A stretch of DNA of 64,000 nucleotides from Hydrolagus colliei (taxonomy: Eukaryota). Of this stretch, positions 1-12,896 are shown in pieces. The translations under genes were made by a program, and so were the position numbers. The number at the start of each line of letters is the position of its first letter. Within the stretch, counting starts at the first letter, position 1. The notes under the pieces were generated by a model. The model did no database searches. It was not told the origin of the DNA and saw only the letters and a list, made by a program, of their open reading frames with translations. The stretch is from assembly GCA_035084275.1 (NCBI GenBank), contig CM068754.1, positions 8,928,001 through 8,992,000 on the forward strand. Reading direction: 5' to 3'.

Positions 1-171
1 ACGTGGAAAAATAATGATTTCATTGCGGGCAAAACATTGCAAACACAAGTGTGTGAATTTTCTGCACTTTCAGTACAGCTGCAAGGTTGATTGAAAGAAA
101 TGCATTTGCCTTATTATTAAAATGTCGCTTTTTTTTTTCCCTTTCTTGATCCCATAATGGGGGGAAAAAAG

Positions 172-266
172 AAATTCATGATGAGCAACAAGACTGAATC
201 AACCATGTGGCTGCTTCGATTGTTCACACTGATGTCAACATTCTTCTTTCTCTTTCCTGTTTTCGG
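172..266 (+). CDS. TMEM33: TMEM33-like coding exon 2 (95 bp)
   Basis: AG at 170-171 and GTAGGT at 267. Encodes KFMMSNKTESTMWLLRLFTLMSTFFFLFPVF-G, aligning without gaps to TMEM33 QFMMTNKLDTAMWLSRLFT... (recalled). Phase matches the next exon. Confidence 0.9.
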
Positions 267-356
267 GTAGGTGGATTGCTTATTACAATTGCAGTGCCTT
301 TACTCATGTAAAGCTAAAGCATTGGGCAACTGCATAGAGTAACTACACCATCCACC

Positions 357-421
357 ATTGTGAAGGGCTCTGAAACATCGCCCAGTGTGGAGGGCGCTAT
401 ACACATGCTTGTTGTTGTTGT
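357..421 (+). mobile_element. L2 LINE 3' tail fragment
   Basis: tgtgaagggctctgaaac...gagggcgctata...(gtt)n, matching the L2 3' ends at 42.7 kb and 29.6 kb. Confidence 0.7.
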
Positions 422-806
422 ACATATGAAATGTGCTAAGATAAAATCCTCGCAATGCCTAAATTGGTTGCCGAATGTCAGTTTCTAACTTCAACTGTTA
501 TTAGAAAAACTACAAATGCACCTTTCATCTACTGAAATGATAAACAGCAGATCATATCACGTTATTTCAACTGCTGTCTACTATATGCACTGAAACTCTT
601 GTTTTACTTTGTAAACTGAATGTGTTTGCACAAAATGCTGTAGGCATTTTTAGTTCCCGATTTGTTATGCAAACAATCCAATGCTCTGTTGTTTCTCCTA
701 TTCCACAAACACAAGAGACACCACATGAGAAATCAGCAATTTACTGAATCATAAGGATGCAGAGTTCTTTTTTGCTGTGTTTTGACTTTCCATTTCTCAA
801 TTGTAG

Positions 807-994
807 AATTGCTGAAGGTGGACAGTTCTACCAGCGAGCTTTACTGGCGAATGCCCTGACCAGTTCTTTCCGGCTCCATCAGCGTCTGCCCAGGTTCCAG
901 TTCAGCAGGATCTATCTTACACAGGCGCTCTTGGAGGACAGCTGCCACTACCTGCTGTATTCACTCATCTTTATTACATCCTATCCCATTACCT
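807..994 (+). CDS. TMEM33: TMEM33-like coding exon 3 (188 bp)
   Basis: Acceptor ttgtAG at 805-806. Encodes IAEGGQFYQRALLANALTSSFRLHQRLPRFQFSRIYLTQALLEDSCHYLLYSLIFITSYPIT, the hallmark TMEM33/Pom33 motif. Followed by the U12 donor GTATCCTT. Confidence 0.97.
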
Positions 995-2618
995 GTATCC
1001 TTCACTGTGCTTTATAGTGTAAACTAAATCATTTTGATGACTGTAATCAGATCTCGAGGCATGATTTATAACATTTTTTAAAAAAAAACTCAGGATCTAT
1101 AAGATCTTGCTGAGCGCAATGTTCTTTGTCTCCCTCTGATTTTTCTGCTTTAATCCTTGAGGCATTTTTGTAAAAAGTCTGGACAATGCTGACACTTGTC
1201 AGTGATATAGTGAATGAAAAAATCCAAACAAGGTAGTTTTATCTATTTTTTAGTTACCATTATTTCACTAATAAGCATGCCAAATGGTGAAGTCTTTTAA
1301 TGGATTGCTTAAATAGAATATAACGAAATACAAGATTTAAGTAATGCATTGCTTGAAGACATTTTCTTAAATGTCTGAGAAATAGATTGTCATTTTTTCT
1401 ACAACTGAAGTAGATATTTTTGGAAACGTAATCCCATATGTAGTTATGTATTTATCTGTCCAAAAATCTGGGAATACAAGAATTATGGCCAGACTTTAGG
1501 ACTGAATCAAAAAAATATTTGCGAAAACCGATTTCACTTTTTAAATGTCATTGAAATCTGAGAATTATGAAAAAGGTAGAAATGATTCAGAAATTGTTCT
1601 AAAGCTGAATACTTTGTTTTTATAAATAGGTCAGTGCATTCCGCTTGGAAATCTCAGATGTAGGATTCTAAAGATAGCTATTAGAGGCTGCTGTAAAGAA
1701 GTCACATTGATATTTTCAGAATTCGGTCTGTGAAGTTTTCACAAGACTGAAGATAATGAGGAAGGGAGTACAGTGCAGTATTTGGTGTTGCCAGCAGAAT
1801 GAAGAATGGTTTTGAAAACTGTTTGTAAAACCCAAGGAACTAGGGCTTTTCCATGTAACAGACTGAAGAAACCAAAAGGGCAGCAAAATGTGAACCAGAG
1901 TGATAGGCACTGAGCATCAGAGATTGTAGAACCTCCCAGATTGAACAATAAAGAGCAAGCGAAAGGTAAGAAATAACTGATAACAATTTAAATACAATAT
2001 ATAGCTTTTCATGTTGGGAGGATGTACCACATATCAGATTGGGAGCAGGAGTGGGGATAAACATGAATACATTGGTACAGAAGTCTAAACATGCAGCAGG
2101 TCTACATCCAATTCCTTTACACTTCAGAGGTACACCTTGGCATCAGAGTTGCACCTCCGCATCAACCTTCTCGCCTAAATTGTGACAAACTACTGTACCT
2201 CAATCCTGGGGTGAGCCACAAGGGGGAGTGTCTGCTGAAAATTAAGTCAGAGGGAAAGCTACCACCTGTTTCACTTTGCCTGCAAGTATGCCTCTGGTCA
2301 ACAAATCAGTATGACAATCATTGCAGTTATTGTTAAAGAAAGATCTAATGATCCTCTGGATGCAGAGAAAAGAAAATAGAAGTGAGCAAAAGGGAGGTTT
2401 ATGGCTGTAAAATAGAAAAAAACTCTTCTGACTTGACCAAATGTACAAAAGTATGTCTCAATATTTCAAAATATTTTTTTTTAACGCACATAATGTCTCC
2501 AGGCAAAACAAGACTACTATCTGTTGTTGAAATAACATACATTCAAGTGGTAAATTCGATATATAATATGTTTCCTTTTTAAATGTTTCTGAAATCTTCC
2601 TTATCCAGCTCTGCATAG
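995..2618 (+). other. U12-type (minor spliceosome) GT-AG intron
   Basis: 5' splice site GTATCCTT at 995-1002. Branch-point-like TTCCTTATC at 2597-2605, about 15 nt before the AG at 2617-2618. No long polypyrimidine tract. Confidence 0.9.
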
Positions 2619-2686
2619 TATGTCTGGTACCTGTTGCGGTCTTTTCTCTGCTTCATGCAACAGCTTATACAAGAAAAATCTTAAAT
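2619..2686 (+). CDS. TMEM33: TMEM33-like coding exon 4 (68 bp)
   Basis: Encodes (L)CLVPVAVFSLLHATAYTRKILN. Donor GTGAGT at 2687. Frame continuous with exons 3 and 5. Confidence 0.93.
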
Positions 2687-2727
2687 GTGAGTTTGCTCTG
2701 TTTACCTTTATTCCAGCAATTCCTTAC

Positions 2728-2797
2728 ATGAAGCGCTTTGAGACGTTGATAAGATGTGAAAAGCACTATATCAAGTGCAAGGATTATTATTATTATT
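2728..2797 (+). mobile_element. SINE 3' tail (L2-derived)
   Basis: tgaagcgctttgagac...gtgaaaagcactatatcaagtgcaagg(att)n, the same tail as the full SINE at 7.3-7.6 kb. Confidence 0.8.
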
Positions 2798-3369
2798 GTT
2801 CAGTGTATCACGTTAATACAATGCAAATCTGTAGATCACATTAAAATATATTGAAAATTAATTCTTACCATTATTTGCAGGTTACCATAAAACCATGAAT
2901 GGTAGTGTTTTTGTTATTAAGTTGTTAAAATCCAGTGATTCCTGTTCCTTATGCAATTTGTTGTCTGTACTACATGACTTCTTGATTGTGCTTCATTCAC
3001 CATGGTATTTCCATTCTCAATATTCTAGAAAGTTAAACCCTTTTTGTTTAAACTGCTAGATAGATACGTGCATAAACTTACTTCAAATTATCTATAAGGC
3101 ACTCACCCTTTCCAGACATCAGTGGACACGGCAAATGTCTAAATTGTGGTTTGAAGGTATATCAGTAGCATATTGTTCTCTTATCACACAATTTTAATAC
3201 CCTTAAGTAGTAGCCCTGCAAGATTTAAATTCATTACACAAGAATGAACCTTTGTTATCACAGAATCAACCCTGTCATAACAGCAATTTATCCTCACCAC
3301 TTAACATAGCACAAAAGTTCTCTCTGTAATCTGTCCTGCATTGTATAGGATTGGGAGAAGGGTTGCACA

Positions 3370-3479
3370 TCCCAACCCTCTCCCCCCAACCTCATGCTCT
3401 GGTCCTGACCACTAACTGTTCTGCGCCTTGGCACGTCCTCCTGACGTGAAAGGCGCTCTACAAATGTAATTTTGTTGTT
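3370..3479 (+). mobile_element. L2 3' end fragment
   Basis: C-rich 3' UTR followed by gcgccttggcacgtcctcctgacgtgaaaggcgctcta...ttgttgtt. Confidence 0.7.
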
Positions 3480-6400
3480 AGAGGAGTTGTACTAGTCTGC
3501 AGAGTGAAAGGGAGAGAGTATTAATGATGGATACTATTGTAGAGCTTGTCCAGCTCAATCCAATATAAAGAAAGCTGCTTCATTGTACTAAATGTACTTG
3601 TGTGTATTTAATATATCATATGTCTTAGCTGACAGTAGCCTAGTGCTCTCCTGAATGGATGATGTAATGACCAGAATCCTGCAAAGTTCCTCAAGGCAGA
3701 GTTTGCTGGATCTCGAGCATGATTCTATAAATAAAATAGTTTTATAGAGCAAATATTTAATATATTCCTTACTTCAATACAAATGTCAACTGACATACAT
3801 GGTTTCCCTTTGAGATCTGAAGTCCAAAGCAGGTAACTATGGTTCGAAAACTAGTCCTCTTTTCTCTTGTAGATATGTAAGTGTTTGTCATCTCTGCGTG
3901 TTGCAGATTGACAAGGGGAGGTGATTTTTATTTGCCAGAACGGTCAAGGGCAATTTACAGATCAGTAATTTTGAAGAAAAGACTTGTTGATCTCAGCACA
4001 CTTGGATTACAGCTATAGGTACAACAAGATAGATTTAGTTGTCATTTTGATAAATTGCAGCCCTACATCGGTACTCCACCAAATAAATAAAGCAGCAGTA
4101 TATCTGTGTTGTTCAGATGCTTAACAAATGTATGTGGCTTGTCAGCACAGTAGCTGGGAAGTGACAACTTTAGACTTGATGTATGATTTAATAACTTGTA
4201 CAGGTTTGTCCTTCAGTCTAAATTGATTTATTCATTAGCAGATTCTAATATACAGGTTTGTAAATAAAATTCAGAACCCTTCAACTTTTCCATTTTTTTC
4301 CCCCCCACAGTGACATTGTAATCACTGAATAAGAAATTTACTTTCAAAACAGGTAGAGTAGAATCTGCAAAAGTTTTTTTTAAAACAGTATTGCATTTAA
4401 TCAGTTAAATATTTTGATCAAACAAACTGTTAGAAGGACCATAATGCATTTCCAAGACCTTATCATAACTTCCAGTGTCAGCACTATGCTTTGCTTGGCA
4501 AGCAGGATTGACAGTGCGTCAGTTTAAACATCCTTCCAACCTTGAGGTGGGTTAGATCTACCAAGTGGCAGTCCTGTGAATAGTTTCTTTAAATCATGTA
4601 GAGAAGTGGATGATGGAGAAATAAACAAATACAATTGAAATTCAAGGTAACATTAGAAAGGCTTGAGGGGGATAAAAGCAAGAGAATAAATAAAATCCAA
4701 AAAATTAATGATCTGATAGGGTAAATGCTCCACAATGGAAATTATTCAGCAAAACTTTGTAACTTTTCTTTATCCAGCAGAAATGGGTGGAAATGGAAAG
4801 GTCATTTTCATTTTGGTTTTTTTCTTGATCATTTTTCCTCTGAACAGTCTGGCAGTGGTTTACTAGCAATGTTACTTCTAATAATATCATTCAGTAATAC
4901 CAAATCTAGTTTTCTGTAGAAAAGAGAGACTTTACAATTTACTACTGCTTGAGTTATTTGTTTAGAATTTGCAGGAAACATCTTGTTGAATTAACTATTT
5001 GTAACAAATGTTCAAAGAGCATAAATAGTGTTAAGTTTTTTTATAAATAAAATAAAGGAATAGTAGAACATATCTGTATTACTAGTGATTTTAAAATGTT
5101 GAAGTAAAACTGATTCTGAATATTCTATTTTTAAGATTGTATCCCTGCCTTTTAGAATATTACAAATGTTTGCTTTTTTTGTTATATCGACAAATGTAAC
5201 TTTTTTTTTTAAAAAAAAGGCTCATAGCTGAAGGGAGCAAGGTCACAGGTAGCAGTGAATTGGTCTCTGGGATACATGATAATCAAAGTAATTTGCCTCA
5301 AGTTAGATTATTGATATGAATCTCAGACAGCTTGTGTGATGAATGTGGACTTTCAGGGTCAAGATTCAGTTGGAGAAAGATCCAAAGGTATATTTCCCTT
5401 CTCTTTATTGAAGATCAAAAAAGTCTGTTCAATTTCCAATTTGTTGATTTGTCTACATTATCCATATGCATATATTTATATAATGTATTTTCAGACATGA
5501 CGATTTAGATTTTCTTTAATGTATGAAAATGGTACATTTACTATTTAGAATGTACCATTGTTGCTTTTATTTCTAGTCTGCTGCTATTCAAGCTTTTCAG
5601 ACATAAGGTCAGCATGCCATAATTCAAAGATCAGAACTGATATACATGTTTTGTTTGTGTGCTGAAACTACAGTTCGTGTGTTCTAGATTTTTTCACTGA
5701 TCTGTGTGATGGGCTGAATGGTTATGAAAGGAATTTCCATTTAATAGGAATAAACTATGCTGCCATTTCTTGTAAATCTGTTGGTATTATTTATTTAGTA
5801 ACTGAAATCAATGTTTTGGTTAAAGTGTACACTTAGAAATTATAAATTAGCCTTTTTTTATTAAAAAGAAGATTAGATTTTAAGCCAAGTTCACTCTATT
5901 TTAAAACTGGTATTTTATTCCACGCTGCTTGTGTTCATTAACTAGAGGAATGTTAATAACCAACCTCAAAGGGCCAAACATAATTGACTTAAATTAACAT
6001 TTTTAATTGTTTTTAAATGTAATATTTAAGAACTTGGAAAACAGGCTCAAGAACTGGAACATCCACATGTTAATGTAGCACTTCAACAACCTGAACTATG
6101 TTGTCATTTATCTTTAAATTTAGCCATCAAGTGAAACATTTAAGATTTACAAGTTGTGCTGTATAAGACTGTAACTGAAAATATTTTCGGTTTGAATTTC
6201 ACTTTATTTTGTTGTACACTGTAACATTTTATATAGAAGTGTACTTTGCTCTGGTGCATTAGATAAAACAGGGTGTCTCCTTCCAGAAATTGAGCAATAT
6301 GTTTCATTTTAATTGAACTCATTCAAGGTTGAAGACTTTAATTTATTTTGGATTCCAGACCAACCAAAAAAAGTTAAAGGAACAAGAAATTGATTCATCC

Positions 6401-7307
6401 TTCAGATCAAACAGAACAGCATTTGTTTTCCAGTCACAACTCACAGTTCATCTCAGTACAACATTTGTTGTAAGGCAGTTACAGTGCACTCTCTTCACAT
6501 GGCTACTGGGCATTATATTTCACTGTAACACATACCTTATTAAGAAATACAAACGGTTTGGCTTTCAGGGACTGGATTGCAAGGGGATAAAGTATACATT
6601 ATTTAATAATATGAGTTATGTTGTTGATTTAAGAACTGAGTCTTACGTTTTAACTGAATCATTCCAAGTGGCCATCCCACTTGCCCACCTGTAACTGAAT
6701 GACTACATAGTTTTATAGCTCTGTACAAATATAAAATGTGTTTGGTTAATCAAATCCATTTTAATATTTAACTTAGTGTAACAAATTGGAATAGTTGGTG
6801 TTCCATTTAGCTGCTGGGGACAAAACTAGCCTTGTCTAACGACTCAGTAATTGGCTTTCCTCATTGAAGAAATCAAGTTAAATATTCAAACTGACCAGAG
6901 TGTTTTTGTGCTGTCACAGTCCTTGTTGATTACTTGATACCGTGGCAGAAGAAATGCCGTGCTGGTAATTTAGGTGGATGTCAATAAATGCGTTGTTCTT
7001 TTGAACACTGGCCGCGTATCTTTTTTATTTTTGCAGTAAACTACTGTTCAGAATAGGCCAGGGGTCAGAAATCACAGGACTACCGGTATAAGAATAAATG
7101 TGACGCAGTTTCTATTGCATTTCTGACATTTCTGTTACATTTCCTGGCAGCTGGCTGTTGCAACGTGCAAGTTTACTGAGATTTTACCAAATAGTTCTAC
7201 CCCCTCAGCTCTCCCTCTGTGACTGCTGATCAACTGTAATGTCTGGTATAGTGTCCGATAGAGTTGAGATTATTTTCTCCTAAAACATTTGAAGTTTGGA
7301 GATACTG

Positions 7308-7611
7308 TAATAATAATAATCCTTGCATTTGATATAGTGCTTTTCACGTCTTCAAAACATCTCAAAGTGCTTCACAGAATATACTATAAAGTGAATTGAC
7401 TGTATATTTGTGGATGAAACCAGCAGCCAATTGCGCACAGCAGTGTCCCACAAACTGTTGTGGATTGAGTGAGCAAATTATAGTTTTTTAATTGAATGAT
7501 TATTGTTAGACGTGTGGAGTAAGGAAACTTGCCCAAGGTTTTGTCCTGCCTGCAGTCGAACCCAGGTCTCTCGCTTGCAAGGCAAGTGCTCTACCCACTG
7601 AGCTACAGGGC
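7308..7611 (-). mobile_element. Full-length tRNA-derived SINE (Deu-domain/L2-tail type)
   Basis: Minus strand: tRNA-like head with A box (TAGCTCAGTGG) and B box (GGTTCGACT), a central GGGACACTGCTGTGCGCAATTGGCTG Deu-like motif, an L2-like tail and an (ATT)n end. Confidence 0.9.
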
Positions 7612-10020
7612 TTTAAACTGTACTCTGCATAACTTCTTGTGCCCATTGGCAGAGGTACTTTCAGTGCTTTCAACCCCTCCCCCCAAATTCTGGCTTGAAA
7701 ATGGAGCATTGATGTGGATGGGTGGGAGCGAGATAAATTGAGGGGATAGATAGATTTGGTACACCTTGCAATCCCCAGGTAAATTACAGAAATATTTAAA
7801 TGTATATTTTGAACATGGATAGATATTCAAAGTTCCATTACTTACACTTTGGATGCATAACAATAAGAATTCTGCATTTTAATTATAATATTGTAGCTGC
7901 TTCTTGTGAGAATGTAGAGAACTTCTCATTTCCTTCATTTTACAGTGAATGAAATGCACTAAAATTCCACTAGGGAGAGACAGAGTATACTTTTACCGTC
8001 TCAAAACGGCTGATTATTACTCAATAGATGCTTCAGAGAATGTCAACGATTTTGAAAATGACTACATTTATTTTTAGTAACCCCTGTTTTAAGGGGATCA
8101 TATGCTGATAGATTATATTGGATATATTAAACAGTTGACAAGAACAACAAAGCACAATTACATTTCTATAGCAACATTTCAATTCACAAACAACAAATCC
8201 CTTAATACCAGATTGGTGGTTCTATTTTAAATGTTATCCAACAGTTGATCATAAGAGCTGATCATCTTTCAACAGAAGTGCTTGGACAAAAACTCTGTTT
8301 CAGATGTTGTTGCTAAGGAATCAGCTAAATTTTTCAATAGATGCTTGTTTTATTCCCTTTATCTGCATTACAAATTCTATTTTATGGAATCCGAATCAAC
8401 CTTAATCTCTATTGTGGATTTGTTAAAATTACATTTTGCTCATGAAACTATCAAAACTATAATAATAATCTTTGTCATACTTTATACAATGTTGCTGAAT
8501 GAAATCCATCTGATTGGAAGTATAATGGATTTGTCTGGTTCTAATCATACAGTTTTGACGATAAATACAAATGTGTTGATTCTTCAGTAGTTTGATTTTA
8601 GGTTTATCTTGCCATCTATTTTCCATGCTGTTTATGTAGAGGGTATCGGAATATTTCAGAGAATATTTTTTAAAAATAGTTCAATGGTTAATAATTTATC
8701 AGACACCCTTACAGAATGGTTTGACCCCTGACTTTTGTTACCTTGAATGGATAACGGAATAAGATAATACCTTTTAAAACAAGGCAAACAACAATCATTC
8801 CAGAAGTGTGTTTTTATATAGTTTGGATACTGTTTCTGGATTTGTTTTATTAGGAAATCTATACTATTTTTTCTGGATGTTGTTTACATGTCATGCTATA
8901 TTTCCCTTGAAATAGCATTCTAAGCAAGCGTATAGTAATAATGGTTCCACAGCTTTATTTTTTAAACAAACCATAAACATCTGGTAGCAATGTGCAGTTT
9001 GAATTCAGGAACATTTCACTTTGCCTCTACAGTCACTTTATGATTACGATGTTCAACATTAGTGAGTTAAAATTGTAGATGTCTTCTTGTTTAGTCAGAA
9101 ATGTGAACTCATAAATTATTGTACAGTTTAACTAGGACACTTATGGAAAAATGTCAAGTAGCTGGAAAACCTAATTTACAGTAATGAAATATTCTTTGAT
9201 CTGTTGACAAATGATTTAATCATAATATGCATTGAGCTAAAAACAGCCTTCAATAAATTGTAATAAAGTGGAATGGAAAATGTTTTCTTTGTTAGCATTT
9301 GTTCAGTTGTTCAGTAAATCAGAAACCTATTCGTTTTTTTAAAAAAAATACTTTTTTTATCTCCTGAATGAAATTAATTCCAAAAACATTTAGATGAAAG
9401 CATATTTTCTTTTTATCAGATTTTATTTGTTACAGAAGGGAGCTAGGATTAGAAACAAGTGGTTTATTGCCTAGTTTGTTTTCATTAAAGAGAGTAGCAG
9501 TATTGGGCTGAATTGCACAGAGGTGTTCTGTGATGTTGGAGATTTGCCTAAAAGCCTGCTGTGACACTAGCGGCATTGTACCAGTATATTCCAGATATAA
9601 TAGAAGAAAACACATGGAGATGCAATTCTACTAATGAAAGTACTGCATTAATTTTATTTTCTGATGCGTCATTGTCATTCAAGAGACGTTTTTAATCTTC
9701 AGATTGTTTCAACACAACAAGCAATTTAAACAGAAATTGGCAGAGAGCCTCGAACTCAGCGTTTGTTCCTTTCATTTAATACCGTTTGTCAAAATCGTGC
9801 ATTAAAGGCTTTCAGCATCTCCCATTGAAATAATTTTCTTTGGACATCAATTCATAGGAATAAAAATGAGCAAGCAGCTCCTGCATTATGTCACGGAAGA
9901 TAAAAGTTCTCCATGCTTGAATGTTCTCTTTTATGTTCCATCATTGTTAATTTTTCTTAAGAAAGCAACCTGTTTTTTCTTGCTGGACCAGTAATGCACG
10001 TGTGTACTAAAATTTAAAAA

Positions 10021-10108
10021 GAATCCTTGCATTTTGATATAACGCCTTATCACATCTTCGAGATGTCTCAAAGCGCTTCACAGAATATACTGGAAAGGTA
10101 GTTGATTG
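10021..10108 (-). mobile_element. SINE 3' fragment
   Basis: Reverse complement of the same SINE tail. Confidence 0.8.
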
Positions 10109-11215
10109 TTGGAACTGTAGGAAATTCAAATGCATTCAGTGGAAGCTAACTTGAATTGTCACAGTTCTTAAGGGAAAATTACTTCATGTTTATTATCTGC
10201 TTTATGTAGCATGGTTAGTGATGTACTCTGCTACAAATACTGATGTAGGGTTAACCACAGAGCTAAGAAGGCAATGTTTTCTGCAAATCAAATGAACTTT
10301 TAATCATTTAATTCTGATATTGGTACACCCTGATACGAAGAAAACATTACTAGGCTTTTTCTCTGGTCCAATAGAAATTAAAAATTTTCAGTTAGTTTTT
10401 CACATTTTCAACAATAAATCATTTGTAATACCATCTTGACGTGAAGCTAATTTCACTTTCAAGAAATATTGGCAAGTTTTATTACTTTCTCAAGCTTGAA
10501 ATTTACTTACCCTTGGTAAGAGAAAATGGGGATTTTATAGCTTTAATCTTTGAAAGTAATAGAATGACCTACATATGGGGCAGCTCTTTTGATGCAAGCA
10601 GTTTCCTTTTTTCTCATTATACTTTTTTCTTTCTATGTTAAATGATGTGAAATATATTTTTGTTAAATGTAAAATTTATATAAACATTATTCTTTTATTT
10701 ATCACTCCATCTGTCACAGAATTGTTTAAGCATACTCGAGAGGATGTGTGATAGGAAATGGCGAATACTCATACCATTAGCAGGGAAGACCTTTTTACAA
10801 GTTACAATATAATGTGTGTTATGAAGGCCTTGCTCATGAATAGATTAGAAATTAATCCACAACAGGAATTCCTCTGCAAATATTATTTTGCAAGTGAGGA
10901 ATGCTGGATGACGTGTAAGTCATGTTAAAACATGAGTAAGTTACGGAGACCATCTTCATGAGCAAGATAAGTCATAACTCTTTTGCCTTGTGTGCATTAA
11001 GCTTATGCAATGTGTGACTCTAAAGGTGCATTGAGAGTTTGTGCATTCCCTGTCAGATCAGGCCAGCAAAATAGTGCAGTCTCGCTTGAGGCCTTTGGCC
11101 ACTATCGTAGACATCTGCGCATGTTGAATAAAATAATAGATTCAAAGCAGTCTAGCCTGCTATAGGACTACTTTTCCAGTGAGTCACAAATTTTATAGCT
11201 TGGTGATAATATATA

Positions 11216-11388
11216 CAGTAAAAGCCCGTTTATCCGTAACTTCCGTATAACCGACATCGCAAAAAAAAAAGGTCCGCATTCGATTAACCGGAATTTATCC
11301 GGAAAAATGCATTGAAAAAAAAGTTGTTTTTTGGGGGCGTTTTCAGCGAAGCAGGTCCTAAGGGTGCCGGATAAACGGGCTTTTACTG
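11216..11388. mobile_element. Tc1/mariner (Tigger/pogo-like) MITE, copy 1
   Basis: Perfect 21-bp TIR CAGTAAAAGCCCGTTTATCCG / CGGATAAACGGGCTTTTACTG, flanked by TA on both sides. Confidence 0.92.
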
Positions 11389-11448
11389 TAATTCTTTCAG
11401 GGAAAATAGGTCTGATCTTATGATTTCAATTTGTTACATTCAACTTGT

Positions 11449-11642
11449 TACGCCTAACAATAATCCCTTCAAAAAAAACACAATAATAAAATTGGTCTTT
11501 TCAATCCATGATTGTTTGTGAGACACTGCTGTGCGCAATTACACATATACAGTCAATTCACTTTACAGTATATTCTGTAAAGTGTTTTGAGACATCTAGG
11601 AGATGTGAAAAGCGCTACATCAAATGCAGTCATTATTATTAT
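11449..11642 (+). mobile_element. SINE, 5'-truncated
   Basis: Deu-like core gagacactgctgtgcgcaatt plus the L2-like tail ending (att)n. Confidence 0.85.
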
Positions 11643-12750
11643 CCGGCCATAGATACGGAAATAATGCAGTAAAGTGTTTCCATTTAGCTAAAATGGGACA
11701 AATGTTCTTGGATAAGCTTGCTTTTGTAAGTGGGACATGAGCATCATTTCAGTTTTAAAAACATACTGTCTGATTTTAATTATATTGTGTACTGTGTCGA
11801 TTGTATTGGAGTTGAACGTGTAAAGGCAATATGTTTGATATTGAGTCCCATGGGAAAAAGAAATCTTCAGCAAATCAAAGATAAAGACTTCTGGAAGGTA
11901 CATTTTCTGAAATTGGGAGAATATAAAGGGATTAGATGGGTAATGAAGAGAATTTGAGACCCAAGTAAACAGAGAATCCAGAGACTTGATCAGTTCACAT
12001 CAGAGTTAAACTCTTGGAGTTTTGTACTCAGTCTTGGGTGTTCCACTTTAGGAACAATATTCTGAAGTTGGAGCAAATTCAGTGTCATAGCTGCGATGAA
12101 GGCACATAGCGAAAATTAAAGTTAAATTATGTAACATGAAGATCAAGTGCTTAATGATACTCAGGTCTTCATAATAAAGGGAATAGGCAAAGTCATTGGG
12201 GAGCAACTCTTTGGTAGATGACTTCAGCAAAAAGGGCCATAATAAAATTTGAGGTAAGCTTATTAAAAGAGAATCATACAGTGACTGAATCATTTCTAAC
12301 ATTACATATTGCGAGAAAATACAATCACTGAATCAGTCTTATTCTTACGGTATTGTTTGCAGTATTAACTGGAAGAGAATATTTGCAATTGGCTGAATTT
12401 CTTTAAAACAAGCAAATTATTTGTTAAACATTCCTATAAAATAGACTTTTGATATGTTGAATTATCAGTTGACATTTTTGTGGTAACTTGCAGTAATAAC
12501 ACGTTTGATTTGCATAACGTTGCTTTTTTTTGTCTACAAAAGAAAATAAGTTCGGAATGTTGGTTTCCTCCAACTTCTTTGGGTTATTGACATTTGTTTG
12601 TAGGTTCAGCAAACCATTGCACAAACGGTTATTAAAGATGCACAGACCCATTCTGTAGCACTGAAAGCTGAATTTTGTAATGTGAGCTGCTGGGTGTCTA
12701 AAGAATACAATAATGGAAATATTGTGAGCAGGGTATGTGGTTTACATGTT

Positions 12751-12896
12751 CAATAATAATTATCCTTGCATTTGTCTTATCACGTCTTTGAGACATCTCA
12801 AAGCGCTTCATAGAATATACTGTAACATGTACATTCTGTGGGCGATATGCTGTAGCCAATTGCATACAGCAGTGTCCCACAAACAGTCATGGATTG
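12751..12896 (-). mobile_element. SINE 3' half
   Basis: Reverse complement of the tail and Deu-like core (cagcagtgtcccacaaacagtc). Confidence 0.85.

Noticed and set aside
757-1017. 86-aa ORF as a standalone gene
   Set aside because: Only 807-994 is coding (exon 3). The flanks are intronic read-through.
5220-5400. Possible ancient LF-SINE-like fragment (also about 46160-46240 and 55460-55580)
   Set aside because: The resemblance is too faint to call without an HMM search.
7540-7611. tRNA gene (also 45000-45066 and 28990-29241)
   Set aside because: These are SINE heads: the anticodon loop differs between copies, the acceptor stem is poor, and each is fused to a SINE body.
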